A DNA stretch of 64,000 bases from contig JBFMAD010000001.1 in the NCBI GenBank assembly GCA_040755855.1, positions 192,001 to 256,000 on the forward strand. Direction: 5' to 3'. Below, one piece after another: positions 1 through 9,478 of this stretch. The first letter of the stretch is position 1. Every line of letters begins with the position of its first letter. The position numbers and the translations under genes were made by a program. The stretch is from Planctomycetota bacterium (GTDB taxonomy: Bacteria > Planctomycetota > Brocadiia > JAADGH01). Below the pieces are notes generated by a model that made no database searches, had not been told where the DNA came from, and saw only the letters and a list, made by a program, of their open reading frames with translations.

Positions 1-2
1 GG

Positions 3-2003
3 GGTTACACGCTGAAGGGACCCGATGCGCCCCGTCGCGTGGTTGAACTGCCCGATCCGCCAAAGGTGTGGAGCTACGATTATCACTATCGCATGCGGTT
101 CCTGGCTGCGGGCGATCTGACCGAGCATCCGGGCAACGAGATCGTCGTCGTGGAGGGCCCGGACGTTCAGCTTTGCCAGTCGGACGGCAAGGTGATCGCC
201 GCGGCGCACGCGCCGTTCGGGTTCAGCGATGTGGTGTATGTGCCCGGCGCGCCGCATGGCTCGGTGATTCTCGGCTCCAGCCCGAACGGCGACGACAATC
301 TTTACCGTGTCCGCTTCGGCGGCGATTGGAAAAAAGAGCTCGAGTCGCTGCCGCGCCGAGGCCGGATGGCAGACATTGAGGCGAACCTCCGTCACATCGC
401 CGACGCCGCGGCGCGCTGGCAGGGTCCGCCGATGATCGGCGCCGACGGGCCGTACGACGTGGTGGTCAATCATTACTTTTGGAACGGCGGGCCGGACCTC
501 AAGATTGTTGACCGTTGGATCGAGGAGGTTCGGTTCTATGAAAAGGCGTTTCCGTATTCGCGTCTGCGGTTCTCGATTGCCTTCTGGCCCGGCGAGAAGC
601 TGCCGCTGATGCGGCCCGACGGCAAGGAGTGGACGCGCGACGCGCGGCTGGCCCACGACCTGACGCGAGAGCAGATCGCCGCCGGGGCGCGCAAGTTGGA
701 GGAGGCGCGCTGCCATTTCTGGGTGCAGGTCGGCCATGGGTGCGCGCCGCATTGCAGCGTCGAGGCGGCGGCGGCGATTCTCGATGCGGCGCCGACCATG
801 TGCCTGGGCTTCATCAGCGCAGAGGACGAGCAGACAGACCAGATAGCCTACTATCACGAGCATCACATCCAGCCTATTCTGGAGTTGTGTCTGAAGCACG
901 GCAAACGCTTCATCCCGCGGAACAAGGCGCTGTGGTGGGTGTATTGGCCGGCGGAGCCAAATCTGCGCCGGACGATCTTCAACGGCAAGTATCGCTCCGT
1001 GCTGCTGCCCTGCGTGGAGGACAGCAACTCGATCACCGCCGACGCCCAATTGGCCGCACGCGTAGGGCTGTGGCTCGACGGCCAGGTGGATGACTGGTCC
1101 AGCCGGTGCAGCGCCGACTGGTTCTGCTTCAACCGATGTTGGGAGTGGGAATACGTCATGACCGGTCATCCGCACCTGCGCTACTATGTCTCGCAAGCAA
1201 TGCTCGGAGCGCGGGTGTTCATGATGCTCAATGGCGAGCGTGCGAACAGAAGCGGTGAATGGACGCGCGTCGGTCTGGAGGGCACAGCCAACTTTATGCA
1301 CCTGCTGGGCAAGGGCGTCATCACGCCGCCCAAACGCGAGCAGTTGCGCGCCATATCGCCCGTTGCGCTCAACATTCAGGACCCGAGCCTGCGTCTCGAA
1401 GTGCATGGGGCCAATGGTCACGCCGAGCAGGGCTGGAATCGCGACGGCACGGACACCCGGCCGTGGCCATTCGACCGCTTGGACTGCTATTGGGGCATGG
1501 CCCCGCTGCCGTTGACGGATGTGTCCACCTACCTCTGGGGGCGCACGCGCCGCGCCGCCGAACACGTGGCCGCCACCACGCCGCACGGATTTGTCTGTAT
1601 CATACCCGGTTCTGCGCCGCGCAAGGATGGGCCCTGGTCCTCGGTGTGGACGACTGACGGCGACTCGCTCTCCAAAGATGGGCAGAACCATTCGCTGGAA
1701 GAGGCGCGGAAACTGATCCTTGCCGACTTGGCCGAGGGCGAGAAACGGCTCTCGTTCCACGTCGAGGGCCGCGTCTTCCACCAAGTCGTCGAACAGGCGC
1801 CCGATCACTACCTCGTGGTCTTGATTGATTCCGGTTGGCTAGATCCGGCCGATCGGTTGGTGAAACTCTCCGCGCGAATCGCCGGACGATGGAGCGTCAC
1901 TGATCGGCTCAACAAACAGCCGATTGGTTTGCTCAACAATGATTTTTCGATTACTTTGCCGGCAGGAACGCTGCAAATCCTGGAGCTGCAACAGAGTCAG
2001 TAG
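3..2003 (+). CDS. 5'-truncated large putative glycoside hydrolase; resembles lambda-carrageenase (GH150)-like middle/C-terminal region
   Basis: Frame is open from position 3, so the gene starts before the window. Segments GSSPNGDD, EWEYxMTGHPHLR and LIDSGWLDP recall that family from memory only. Confidence 0.45.
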   Translation, partial: GYTLKGPDAPRRVVELPDPPKVWSYDYHYRMRFLAAGDLTEHPGNEIVVVEGPDVQLCQSDGKVIAAAHAPFGFSDVVYVPGAPHGSVILGSSPNGDDNLYRVRFGGDWKKELESLPRRGRMADIEANLRHIADAAARWQGPPMIGADGPYDVVVNHYFWNGGPDLKIVDRWIEEVRFYEKAFPYSRLRFSIAFWPGEKLPLMRPDGKEWTRDARLAHDLTREQIAAGARKLEEARCHFWVQVGHGCAPHCSVEAAAAILDAAPTMCLGFISAEDEQTDQIAYYHEHHIQPILELCLKHGKRFIPRNKALWWVYWPAEPNLRRTIFNGKYRSVLLPCVEDSNSITADAQLAARVGLWLDGQVDDWSSRCSADWFCFNRCWEWEYVMTGHPHLRYYVSQAMLGARVFMMLNGERANRSGEWTRVGLEGTANFMHLLGKGVITPPKREQLRAISPVALNIQDPSLRLEVHGANGHAEQGWNRDGTDTRPWPFDRLDCYWGMAPLPLTDVSTYLWGRTRRAAEHVAATTPHGFVCIIPGSAPRKDGPWSSVWTTDGDSLSKDGQNHSLEEARKLILADLAEGEKRLSFHVEGRVFHQVVEQAPDHYLVVLIDSGWLDPADRLVKLSARIAGRWSVTDRLNKQPIGLLNNDFSITLPAGTLQILELQQSQ

Positions 2004-2018
2004 TAGGGGAACGGGAGT

Positions 2019-3431
2019 ATGGAAGATTTCGCTCGCCATCTGATCTGTCGGCTCAGCCCCGATCAGATCGAGACGATCCACCGGAACATGCTCCGGATCG
2101 TCTCGGAAGTCGGCATGAAGATCGAGAGCGGCCCCATGCTCGACCGTATGGCCGAGTACGGCGGGATCGTGGACAAGGCCGCATCCATCGTTCGTTTCTC
2201 GCCCGAGTTTGTCGAGGCATTCATTGCGGACTCAGACAAGGTGGACTGGGACGCCATCGAGCCGCAGTTGAACTCATCGGGTGGGATGTATGTCGGTCGG
2301 TATCTCGACCCGGAGACGGATCGCTTCGAGCGATGGTCGGAGGATCGAATCCGAAAGTATGCGAAACTCGCCCACTACCTGCCGGAGATTGATGGGGTGC
2401 ACATGTTCGGCTGCCCGATCCAGGAGCTGCCCGCAGTGGCCCATCCGCTGTGGCAGCGCTACCTGGCCTGGAAGCATGGCGCTCGCAGCGGCGGCTCGAT
2501 CTGGGACATCCGTCTCTGTCCATACATCCTGGAAATGTGCGAAGTCATGGCGCAGGCCACGGGTAGGAAGCCATCGGACTATTTCGCCGGTGCAGTGTAC
2601 TTGAATTCTCCTCTCCGCCTTGCGGCCAGCGAAGCGGAGCACTTCCTCTATTTCACCGACCGGGGGATGACCGTCGGCATCGGCCACATGATGTCGGCGG
2701 GCGGGTCGGCGCCGACTACGCTTGCCGGGGCGATCACGCTCTTCCTCGCCGAGTCCATGTTCATCAACATCATCCGCCGCGCCTATTGCGGGGCAAAGAT
2801 ACTGTCAACGCCGTGCACCATCTCGGTCCTCGACATGAAGAGCCTGATGTATCCGTATGGGCGACCGGAGCGGGTGATCGCCAACGTGATGATGGCGCAG
2901 GTGGCGCGATGGTACGGCGCGTCCTACTCCGGCCACTGCGGCCACTCCGACGCCAAGAGGCCGTCGTGCGAGGCAGGGGCGCAAAAGGTGATGACGGCGC
3001 TGCCGGTCCTCATGGTCGGCGGCCGCGCATCCATCGGCGCCGGGCTGCTGTCGGTGGACGAGGTCTTCTCGCCGATCCAGATGATCCTGGACAATGAAAT
3101 CGTCGGCGCTCTCCGGCGGATCATTCGCGGATGTGAAATCTCCGACGAGACCATCGCGGTGGACCTTATCAAGGAAATCGGCCCCGGCGGGTTCTTCACG
3201 GACACAGACCACACCGCCCGCACCTTCCGCACGGAGCACTGGCAGCCGACGCTCTGGGCGCGCGAGATGTACGGGACATGGGCGGGCGGCGACACCAAGA
3301 CGGATCTGGAGCGCGCCGTGGACATCTACCACGAGATCATGGACCGGCTCGATCCGCCGAGGCCGATTTCGGACGAGACCGAAGAGATACTCCGGGCCAT
3401 TGTCGAGCGGGCCGTCCGTGATCTCTCCTGA
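2019..3431 (+). CDS. Trimethylamine methyltransferase (MttB) superfamily protein, non-pyrrolysine
   Basis: Motifs SAPTTLAGAI, SDAKRP..EAGAQK, GAGLL..DEVFSPIQMILDNEI and IGPGGFF..HT. No in-frame TAG. Confidence 0.85.
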   Translation: MEDFARHLICRLSPDQIETIHRNMLRIVSEVGMKIESGPMLDRMAEYGGIVDKAASIVRFSPEFVEAFIADSDKVDWDAIEPQLNSSGGMYVGRYLDPETDRFERWSEDRIRKYAKLAHYLPEIDGVHMFGCPIQELPAVAHPLWQRYLAWKHGARSGGSIWDIRLCPYILEMCEVMAQATGRKPSDYFAGAVYLNSPLRLAASEAEHFLYFTDRGMTVGIGHMMSAGGSAPTTLAGAITLFLAESMFINIIRRAYCGAKILSTPCTISVLDMKSLMYPYGRPERVIANVMMAQVARWYGASYSGHCGHSDAKRPSCEAGAQKVMTALPVLMVGGRASIGAGLLSVDEVFSPIQMILDNEIVGALRRIIRGCEISDETIAVDLIKEIGPGGFFTDTDHTARTFRTEHWQPTLWAREMYGTWAGGDTKTDLERAVDIYHEIMDRLDPPRPISDETEEILRAIVERAVRDLS

Positions 3432-3455
3432 TGTTTCCTGCTCACGGCCCTGCCG

Positions 3456-5834
3456 TCACTCCGACGCCGGCAGTGGCTGGGTATGTTTGCACTTGGGGTA
3501 CTTGGAGCAGCCGAGGAACCTCCCTCTCCGGCCGTCGCGTATGACCATCGGCGCACCGCACTCCGAGCATTCGACGTCGGTGACCTCGGGTTTCTTCCGC
3601 GGGGTCTGGGTCTCCTGGCCGCCCTCCTTCTTCATGTCCTCCGGCAGGGGCTTCGCGTTTCGACATCGGGGGAAGGCCGAGCAGCCGAGGAACGGGCCGC
3701 GCCGGCTGACGCGGATGACCATGGGTTTGCCGCATTTCTCGCACTTGATGTCAGTCTGCTGGGGGGGAGGCTTCGGGTCGCCGCCGTCAATGGGGCGCGT
3801 CCCCTTGCAGTCCGGGTATTTGGAGCAGCCGAGGAATTTTCCCCTGCGGCTCTGGCGGACCACCATGGGGCTTTCGCACTTCGGGCACTTGGCGTCGGTC
3901 GTCTCCGGTTCGGCGGGGGCGCCTTCCTCGTCGAGGGACAGGGTGAAATCGCAGTCGGGGTAACCTGAACAGCCGAGGAACTTGCCGCGCTTGCTCCAGC
4001 GCACAACCATGGGCTTGCCGCATTTTTCGCATTTCTGCTCGGCCATCTCCGCGTCCTCCTTTTCACTGGCCATCTCGGTCTTGGCGCGATCGAGATCGGC
4101 GCTGAATTTCCCATAAAACCCCTCGAGGATCTTTCGCCAATCCTCCCCCTTGTCTTCGATATGGTCCAGGTCCCCCTCCATGCGCGAGGTGAACTCGACA
4201 TTGAGGAGGTCCGGAAAATGCTTTACCAATTTATCGGTGACCAGGATACCCAGTTCCGTGGCGTGGAACTTGCGCTTCATCTGCCTGACATACCCGCGCT
4301 CCTGGATGGTGGAGATGATGGGGGCGTAGGTGCTCGGTCGGCCGATGCCGTTTCGCTCCAGATCGCGGACGAGGCTCGCCTCGGTGAAGCGCGGCGGCGG
4401 CTGGGTGGTATGCTGTTCGGGCACAAGTTCCTTCAAAACGAGGGGCTTTCCCTCCTCCAGTTCAGGGAGAATCTGTTCGTCCGCGCCCAACTGCAGGCCG
4501 GATAGGACGGTGTGGCCGTCAAAGAGCACCTCGCGCCCATTGGCCACGAAAGTCCCCTTCCCCGCCGAGATGTCGGCGCTGGTAATCCGAAAGACGGCAG
4601 GCTTCATCTGGCACGCGACGGTGCGCTTCCATATCAGCTCGTAGAGGTCGAATTGGTCCTGGGTGAGATATCGTCGGACGTCTTCGGGTCTGCGCAAAAC
4701 GCTGGTGCATCGGATGCCTTCATGGGCGGCCTGGGCGTCTTTCGCTGGGCGATAGCGGACCGGTTCATCCGGAAGGTATTGTGGGCCAAATTCCCGGGGA
4801 ATCAAGTCGCGGCACTCCTGGATCGCCTGTTCGGCAATGCGGCAGGAGTCGGTCCGCATGTAAGTTATAAGTCCGACCGGCCCTTCTTCGCCGATGTCTA
4901 TGCCCTCGTAGAGCTCCTGGGCGACGCTCATCGTCTTCCGGGTGCTGAAACGCAGGAGGCTCGACGCCCTTTGCTGGAGGGTGCTGGTGATGAAGGGCGG
5001 CGAGGGATGGCTTGTGGTCTCCTTTTTCGTCACGCTCGTGACGATGAACTGCTCCCCCCGAAGCACCCCCACAATCCTCCGGGCCTCATCTTCAGTGGCG
5101 ATGATGCGAAGCTTATCGGGCTCTCTGCTCTGCTCCGCTTCTTTGATTGTGTCGCCGGAAACATGCAGTTCCTGGCCATCGAAGGCGCGGAGAATGGCGT
5201 GGAAGCACTCCCCTTTCTCCGTGGGGCAGAGGTGGGCCTTGATGGTCCAGTAGTCCCTGGGCACAAAGGCCCGGATTTCCTTCTCGCGCTCGACGACAAG
5301 GCGCACGGCCACGGACTGCACCCGCCCGGCGCTCAGGCCCTTGGTGACTTTTTTCCAGAGAAGCGGACTGAGCATGTAGCCGACGATCCGGTCGAGGATG
5401 CGCCGCGCCTGCTGGGCGTTCACTTTGTTCATGTCAATCTCGCCCGGTTCCTGGAAGGCCTTCTGAACCGCCGCCTTTGTGATCTCGTTGAAGATGACCC
5501 GGTAGGCCCTGTCCTGCGGCACATGGAGCGCCTCAGCCAGGTGCCAAGCGATGGCCTCGCCCTCGCGGTCGAGGTCGGTGGCGAAATAGACGGCCGCGGC
5601 CTTTTGCGCGGCGCTTTTCAGAGTGGCGACGAGGTCTTTTCGTCCTCGCACCGTTTCGTAGGTGGGTTCGAAGCCGTGCTCGATGTCCACCCCCATGCGT
5701 CGCGGGGGCAGATCGCGCACATGACCCATTGACGCCTTGACGGTGTAGGCCGAGCCGAGGTAGCGGTTGATCGTCTTCGCCTTGGCCGGCGACTCGACAA
5801 TGACGAGTGATTTTTGCTTCGTGCTCCTGGCCAA
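3456..5834 (-). CDS. topA: DNA topoisomerase I with four C-terminal C4 zinc ribbons
   Basis: LVIVESPAKAKTI, ATDLDREGEAI, SAGRVQS, LITYMRTDS (catalytic Tyr), GIGRPST; four CxxC..GxFLGCSxxPxC repeats. Likely TTG start at 5834 after a purine-rich RBS. Confidence 0.97.
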   Translation of the reverse strand: MARSTKQKSLVIVESPAKAKTINRYLGSAYTVKASMGHVRDLPPRRMGVDIEHGFEPTYETVRGRKDLVATLKSAAQKAAAVYFATDLDREGEAIAWHLAEALHVPQDRAYRVIFNEITKAAVQKAFQEPGEIDMNKVNAQQARRILDRIVGYMLSPLLWKKVTKGLSAGRVQSVAVRLVVEREKEIRAFVPRDYWTIKAHLCPTEKGECFHAILRAFDGQELHVSGDTIKEAEQSREPDKLRIIATEDEARRIVGVLRGEQFIVTSVTKKETTSHPSPPFITSTLQQRASSLLRFSTRKTMSVAQELYEGIDIGEEGPVGLITYMRTDSCRIAEQAIQECRDLIPREFGPQYLPDEPVRYRPAKDAQAAHEGIRCTSVLRRPEDVRRYLTQDQFDLYELIWKRTVACQMKPAVFRITSADISAGKGTFVANGREVLFDGHTVLSGLQLGADEQILPELEEGKPLVLKELVPEQHTTQPPPRFTEASLVRDLERNGIGRPSTYAPIISTIQERGYVRQMKRKFHATELGILVTDKLVKHFPDLLNVEFTSRMEGDLDHIEDKGEDWRKILEGFYGKFSADLDRAKTEMASEKEDAEMAEQKCEKCGKPMVVRWSKRGKFLGCSGYPDCDFTLSLDEEGAPAEPETTDAKCPKCESPMVVRQSRRGKFLGCSKYPDCKGTRPIDGGDPKPPPQQTDIKCEKCGKPMVIRVSRRGPFLGCSAFPRCRNAKPLPEDMKKEGGQETQTPRKKPEVTDVECSECGAPMVIRDGRRGRFLGCSKYPKCKHTQPLPASE

Positions 5835-5926
5835 TGCTTCCCCTGAACCGACTTGTGATCGAATGCGGGACAGAAAAAGTGAGGCAGGATTCAAACATAC
5901 ACTCCCCCAATTGTCAACGTTTATTT

Positions 5927-5956
5927 TTGCGAAGACTCCACGCGGCGCGGTATAAT
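5927..5956 (+). promoter_or_regulatory. Sigma70-like promoter
   Basis: TTGCGA-18 nt-TATAAT upstream of the ATG at 5993. Confidence 0.55.
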
Positions 5957-5992
5957 GAGCGGCGGATTCCTGACCCGGAAGGGAGTAACCCC

Positions 5993-7813
5993 ATGAATCG
6001 CGTCCTGTGCGCGGCGGTCCTCATCCCGATCATCGCCTCTTGCGAGGCCGGGCCGAACCGCCTGAACTACTCCACGGTCGGTGTCTACGGTGAGTGCTTC
6101 GATTTCTGCGATTATAGCGTGTTCAAGATTCGTGTGAAGGATGATGCCTATTACCGGAAGATGGCCGAGCGCATCAACCAGGTCCATGCCCAGGGCAAGG
6201 CCAACCTCGTCGGACTCTACTGCTTCGACCGGCTCAATTACTCCCGACCCATCGAGGAGTACATCCAGAATGCCGATCGGATGCTCCAGGCCCTCGACCT
6301 GAAGAAGGTACACGCCGTCTTCCTGAGCGAGGAGAATGTGACTTGGAACAACGGACTGGAGATCCTCAACGCGCTCTACGATCACATCAAGGCGAGGCAC
6401 GGCATCCCCGTCTATCAATGGTACTCGATGCCGATGGTCGCGCACCCAAAGCAGCGGGCCGACGGATGGATCATAGACCCGTACGGCATGAAGGGGGACC
6501 AGTTTCGCAAGTATCTGATGAAGTACCTTGTCCTCGGCAAGCCGGTCATTAACTGCGCCTGGGCCTCGCCCGAAGGAAAATTCTCCGGCCGGGCCGACGA
6601 GCGCCTTGCCGCCACGCGCGAGCAGATCCCGATCTGCAGGGAGTTCAACGTACCGATGTTCTTCTACTGCGTTGATCCGAAGTTGGGGTCCCCCAACGCG
6701 TGGCTCAAGTCCGATGAACCGGAGGTCGCCAAGGTCCGCGAGTGGCTGCTCGATGAGATCAAGAAGATCAAGTCAATGCCTTTGCCGGGTAGTCTGCCGG
6801 AACTGTCCACCGGACGCCTGATTCCGGTCGCGGGAAATGCGCAGAACCTATATGAGTATGAGGAACGCTTCGAGACAATCGGCGAGGGATTCATTGAGGA
6901 CGCATGGATCGAGGACTTCTCGCTCCTGCGGTGGGACGGCGATCAAGCCGCACTGTATGTAACGGCGAGGCGATCCTCTCCTCCAACAGCAAGTCTAACT
7001 TTCCAATTCTCATCCGAGTTCGAGATGTCGTCTGTCAAGGCGACGCTTGAGGGTGAGATACTGAAGGAGGATGCAAGGGCATCGGTGAGCCTGCGCACCG
7101 AAGGCATGGAGTCCTTCCTCGGCGCCGGAGCACGGGGAAAAGATCAAAGATCGTTCCTCCTCACCGTGGATACGGACAGGGACGCGCCTTTCAAGGGGAA
7201 AGACAGGGGTAAGAGCTTCCAGGTTATGGTGACTTCGCTCGTCGGCAATGAACCAGGCGAGCAGGTTTTTTTCAAGCGTCTCCGAGTAACATGCCAGGTG
7301 GCGCCGCCTGCCCGGCGCGAGATCGTCATCTCGCCCGACGCCGAGGGGCGCGTGTTCTACTTCGACGATTTCCAAACCCAGAAGTTCATTCACCAGTGCG
7401 AGATACAGAACGTGGACCACCTCGAATGGCAGCGCGGCCACATCGGCACACACGGCGTCAAAGGGCAAAAAAACGTGGTTGCACTGAAACAGAAGTTTGT
7501 GAGCGAAGCACCCCTGTCGAACCTTCGCGTCTCCATGACCTCCACCGCCCACCGGGCGCTTGGGGCATACAATGTCCTCGGCCTGTCTCTGGACGGGAAG
7601 GATGCGCTCGTGACCAAGTCCACGCAAGGGCATGAGAACGAGAGCGGCGCATACCGAGGCGCGGTCGAGATTGATGCATCGCAGGACGAGCGCTTTCGGA
7701 ACGCGAAGGAGTTCTGGGTCCATCTCACCATGATCAACGGCTCGGCCGTCGCTTCCGGAAAGACGACGAACCGGATTCTGGAGTACCGGATCGAGGCGAC
7801 GGCGGCTAAGTAA
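5993..7813 (+). CDS. Putative lipoprotein; N-terminal glycoside-hydrolase-like barrel plus beta-sandwich domains (hypothetical)
   Basis: GGGAG RBS; signal peptide with lipobox-like IASC; barrel-like segments VFLSEEN, YQWYS, DGWIIDPY. Confidence 0.55.
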   Translation: MNRVLCAAVLIPIIASCEAGPNRLNYSTVGVYGECFDFCDYSVFKIRVKDDAYYRKMAERINQVHAQGKANLVGLYCFDRLNYSRPIEEYIQNADRMLQALDLKKVHAVFLSEENVTWNNGLEILNALYDHIKARHGIPVYQWYSMPMVAHPKQRADGWIIDPYGMKGDQFRKYLMKYLVLGKPVINCAWASPEGKFSGRADERLAATREQIPICREFNVPMFFYCVDPKLGSPNAWLKSDEPEVAKVREWLLDEIKKIKSMPLPGSLPELSTGRLIPVAGNAQNLYEYEERFETIGEGFIEDAWIEDFSLLRWDGDQAALYVTARRSSPPTASLTFQFSSEFEMSSVKATLEGEILKEDARASVSLRTEGMESFLGAGARGKDQRSFLLTVDTDRDAPFKGKDRGKSFQVMVTSLVGNEPGEQVFFKRLRVTCQVAPPARREIVISPDAEGRVFYFDDFQTQKFIHQCEIQNVDHLEWQRGHIGTHGVKGQKNVVALKQKFVSEAPLSNLRVSMTSTAHRALGAYNVLGLSLDGKDALVTKSTQGHENESGAYRGAVEIDASQDERFRNAKEFWVHLTMINGSAVASGKTTNRILEYRIEATAAK

Positions 7814-7854
7814 GTCCACCGCGCGGACAGAACAAATTCCCGTTTCATACCCCA

Positions 7855-7883
7855 TTGATGCAACCCCAAGTTCAGGCTATAAT
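7855..7883 (+). promoter_or_regulatory. Sigma70-like promoter
   Basis: TTGATG-17 nt-TATAAT upstream of the ATG at 7933. Confidence 0.55.
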
Positions 7884-7932
7884 GCCCCTCCATGTTGACC
7901 CAAAGGAATTGTGCCGCAAGGAGCCGAAAACA

Positions 7933-8940
7933 ATGAGCGAATCATTCAAGGTGGCCGTCATCGGATTGAAGGGCGTGGGGACGAACCATACGAAGAAACT
8001 CGCCGCGATGGACGGCGTCGAGGTGGTCGCCGTCTGCGACATCGTCAAGGAGCGCGCCGAGCAGGTTGCGAAGGAGCACAACATCCCCCATATGTTCACC
8101 GACTACAAAGAGATGCTGAAGTCCGACTTCGACGTCCTCGTCTCGTGCACGGGACAGTACGCCCGGCGCGACCACATCGTTGCCGCGGCGAAGGCGGGGA
8201 AGCACCTGTTTACCGAAAAGCCCCTCGCGGCCAATCTCGAAGACGGCCAGGCCATCCGCGACGCCGTCAAGGCCGCGGGCGTGAAGTATCAGATCGGCTT
8301 CCAGCTCCGATGCTCCGAGTACGGCCGGGCGCTGAAGACCGTCGTCGGTTCCGGCGCGCTGGGCGACCTGGTTTACTGTTGGAGCCATCGGAACATGCCG
8401 GCGAACCACTATGTCGGTCCCGACGGCAAGCCAAGTTGGTATGGCATCCAGGAGAAGAGCGGCGGCATAGCCGGCGACTTCAGCCCCCACGACATTGACC
8501 TCATGCGCTGGTTCTGCGGCGACGTGAAGGAGGTCTATGCCCGCCTGCACCGCGCGCGGTTCGAGGGCGCCGACGACAACGTCTGGGCGATTTTCACTTT
8601 TGCGAATGGCGCCACCGGCTCCCTCGGCGACAGCTTCACCAATACCTTCGGCCAGAGCTTCATCGGCGTCTGCGGCACGAAGGGGACCGTGGCCTACGAC
8701 CACACGGGCAAGGTCCGCGTCAAGCTCTGGGGCGACAAGGAGTTCTCGGAGCCGGAGAAGTACGGAGACGTCACACGCGGCGGTCGGATCGAGCACCACG
8801 AGTGCTTCTTCCACGACCTCCGCGAGGGCCGCGAGCCGTCGCCGAACCTCGACGACGGCTACGCCGTCCTCCAGATCTCGGTCGCCATCCAGCGCTCCGC
8901 TGCCTCGGGACAGCCGGTGCGGATTGCGGATGTCGGGTAG
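7933..8940 (+). CDS. Gfo/Idh/MocA family oxidoreductase
   Basis: KVAVIGLKGVG Rossmann start, HLFTEKP, GG...D..PHDID; AAGGAG RBS. Confidence 0.9.
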   Translation: MSESFKVAVIGLKGVGTNHTKKLAAMDGVEVVAVCDIVKERAEQVAKEHNIPHMFTDYKEMLKSDFDVLVSCTGQYARRDHIVAAAKAGKHLFTEKPLAANLEDGQAIRDAVKAAGVKYQIGFQLRCSEYGRALKTVVGSGALGDLVYCWSHRNMPANHYVGPDGKPSWYGIQEKSGGIAGDFSPHDIDLMRWFCGDVKEVYARLHRARFEGADDNVWAIFTFANGATGSLGDSFTNTFGQSFIGVCGTKGTVAYDHTGKVRVKLWGDKEFSEPEKYGDVTRGGRIEHHECFFHDLREGREPSPNLDDGYAVLQISVAIQRSAASGQPVRIADVG

Positions 8941-8988
8941 TCGGTTGCATCAGGTCCTGGTCCTCAGAGGGAGGCAACGCAAGAAACC

Positions 8989-9453
8989 ATGCCCACGCTC
9001 GAGCAGAATGACGACGGTGTGGCGTCAACCGTCGAGACGGTGATGAGTACGCTGCGGGTCGCCGCCACGATCTTAGGGATCATCGCGATTGTGATCGGTC
9101 TGCTCTACGCCATCAAGGTATTTGGCGCGGCGTTTGGCGCCTTGCAGGACCCGGACACCATTGCCCCCCTCCTGACGAAATGGCAATCTGCGGTCGGCGG
9201 CAATGGGCTGACGGTCATCATTCAGGAAAAGACCTATCCCATCGCGCCGTTCCTCGCCGTGGCGGTCCTGGGTGTCGGCGCGATTCTACTCGGCTGGATC
9301 GCCCTGGGCATCATGCTGGCCGGGGCAAAGATCGTCTCGTGGACCGCCGGCGACCGCGAGGCCGTCAAGCGAATCCTCGCCCATGCCCTCGGGTCGCAGG
9401 GAACCAAAGCAATCAAGACAGAATCAGGGCGAGACAAATCCGAAAGCGCCTAA
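8989..9453 (+). CDS. Hypothetical membrane protein (2 TM)
   Basis: GGAGG RBS; two long hydrophobic segments. Confidence 0.7.
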   Translation: MPTLEQNDDGVASTVETVMSTLRVAATILGIIAIVIGLLYAIKVFGAAFGALQDPDTIAPLLTKWQSAVGGNGLTVIIQEKTYPIAPFLAVAVLGVGAILLGWIALGIMLAGAKIVSWTAGDREAVKRILAHALGSQGTKAIKTESGRDKSESA

Positions 9454-9478
9454 AAGGAATTACGACAGCCCACAGCTT

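Noticed and set aside
2019..3431. Pyrrolysine recoding in the MttB-family gene
   Set aside because: No in-frame TAG, and Leu occupies the equivalent position. The TAGTAG at 2001-2006 is a plain double stop.
3456..4050. Repeated DNA (GCAGCCGAGGAA) as a repeat element
   Set aside because: Explained by the four zinc-ribbon repeats of TopA.
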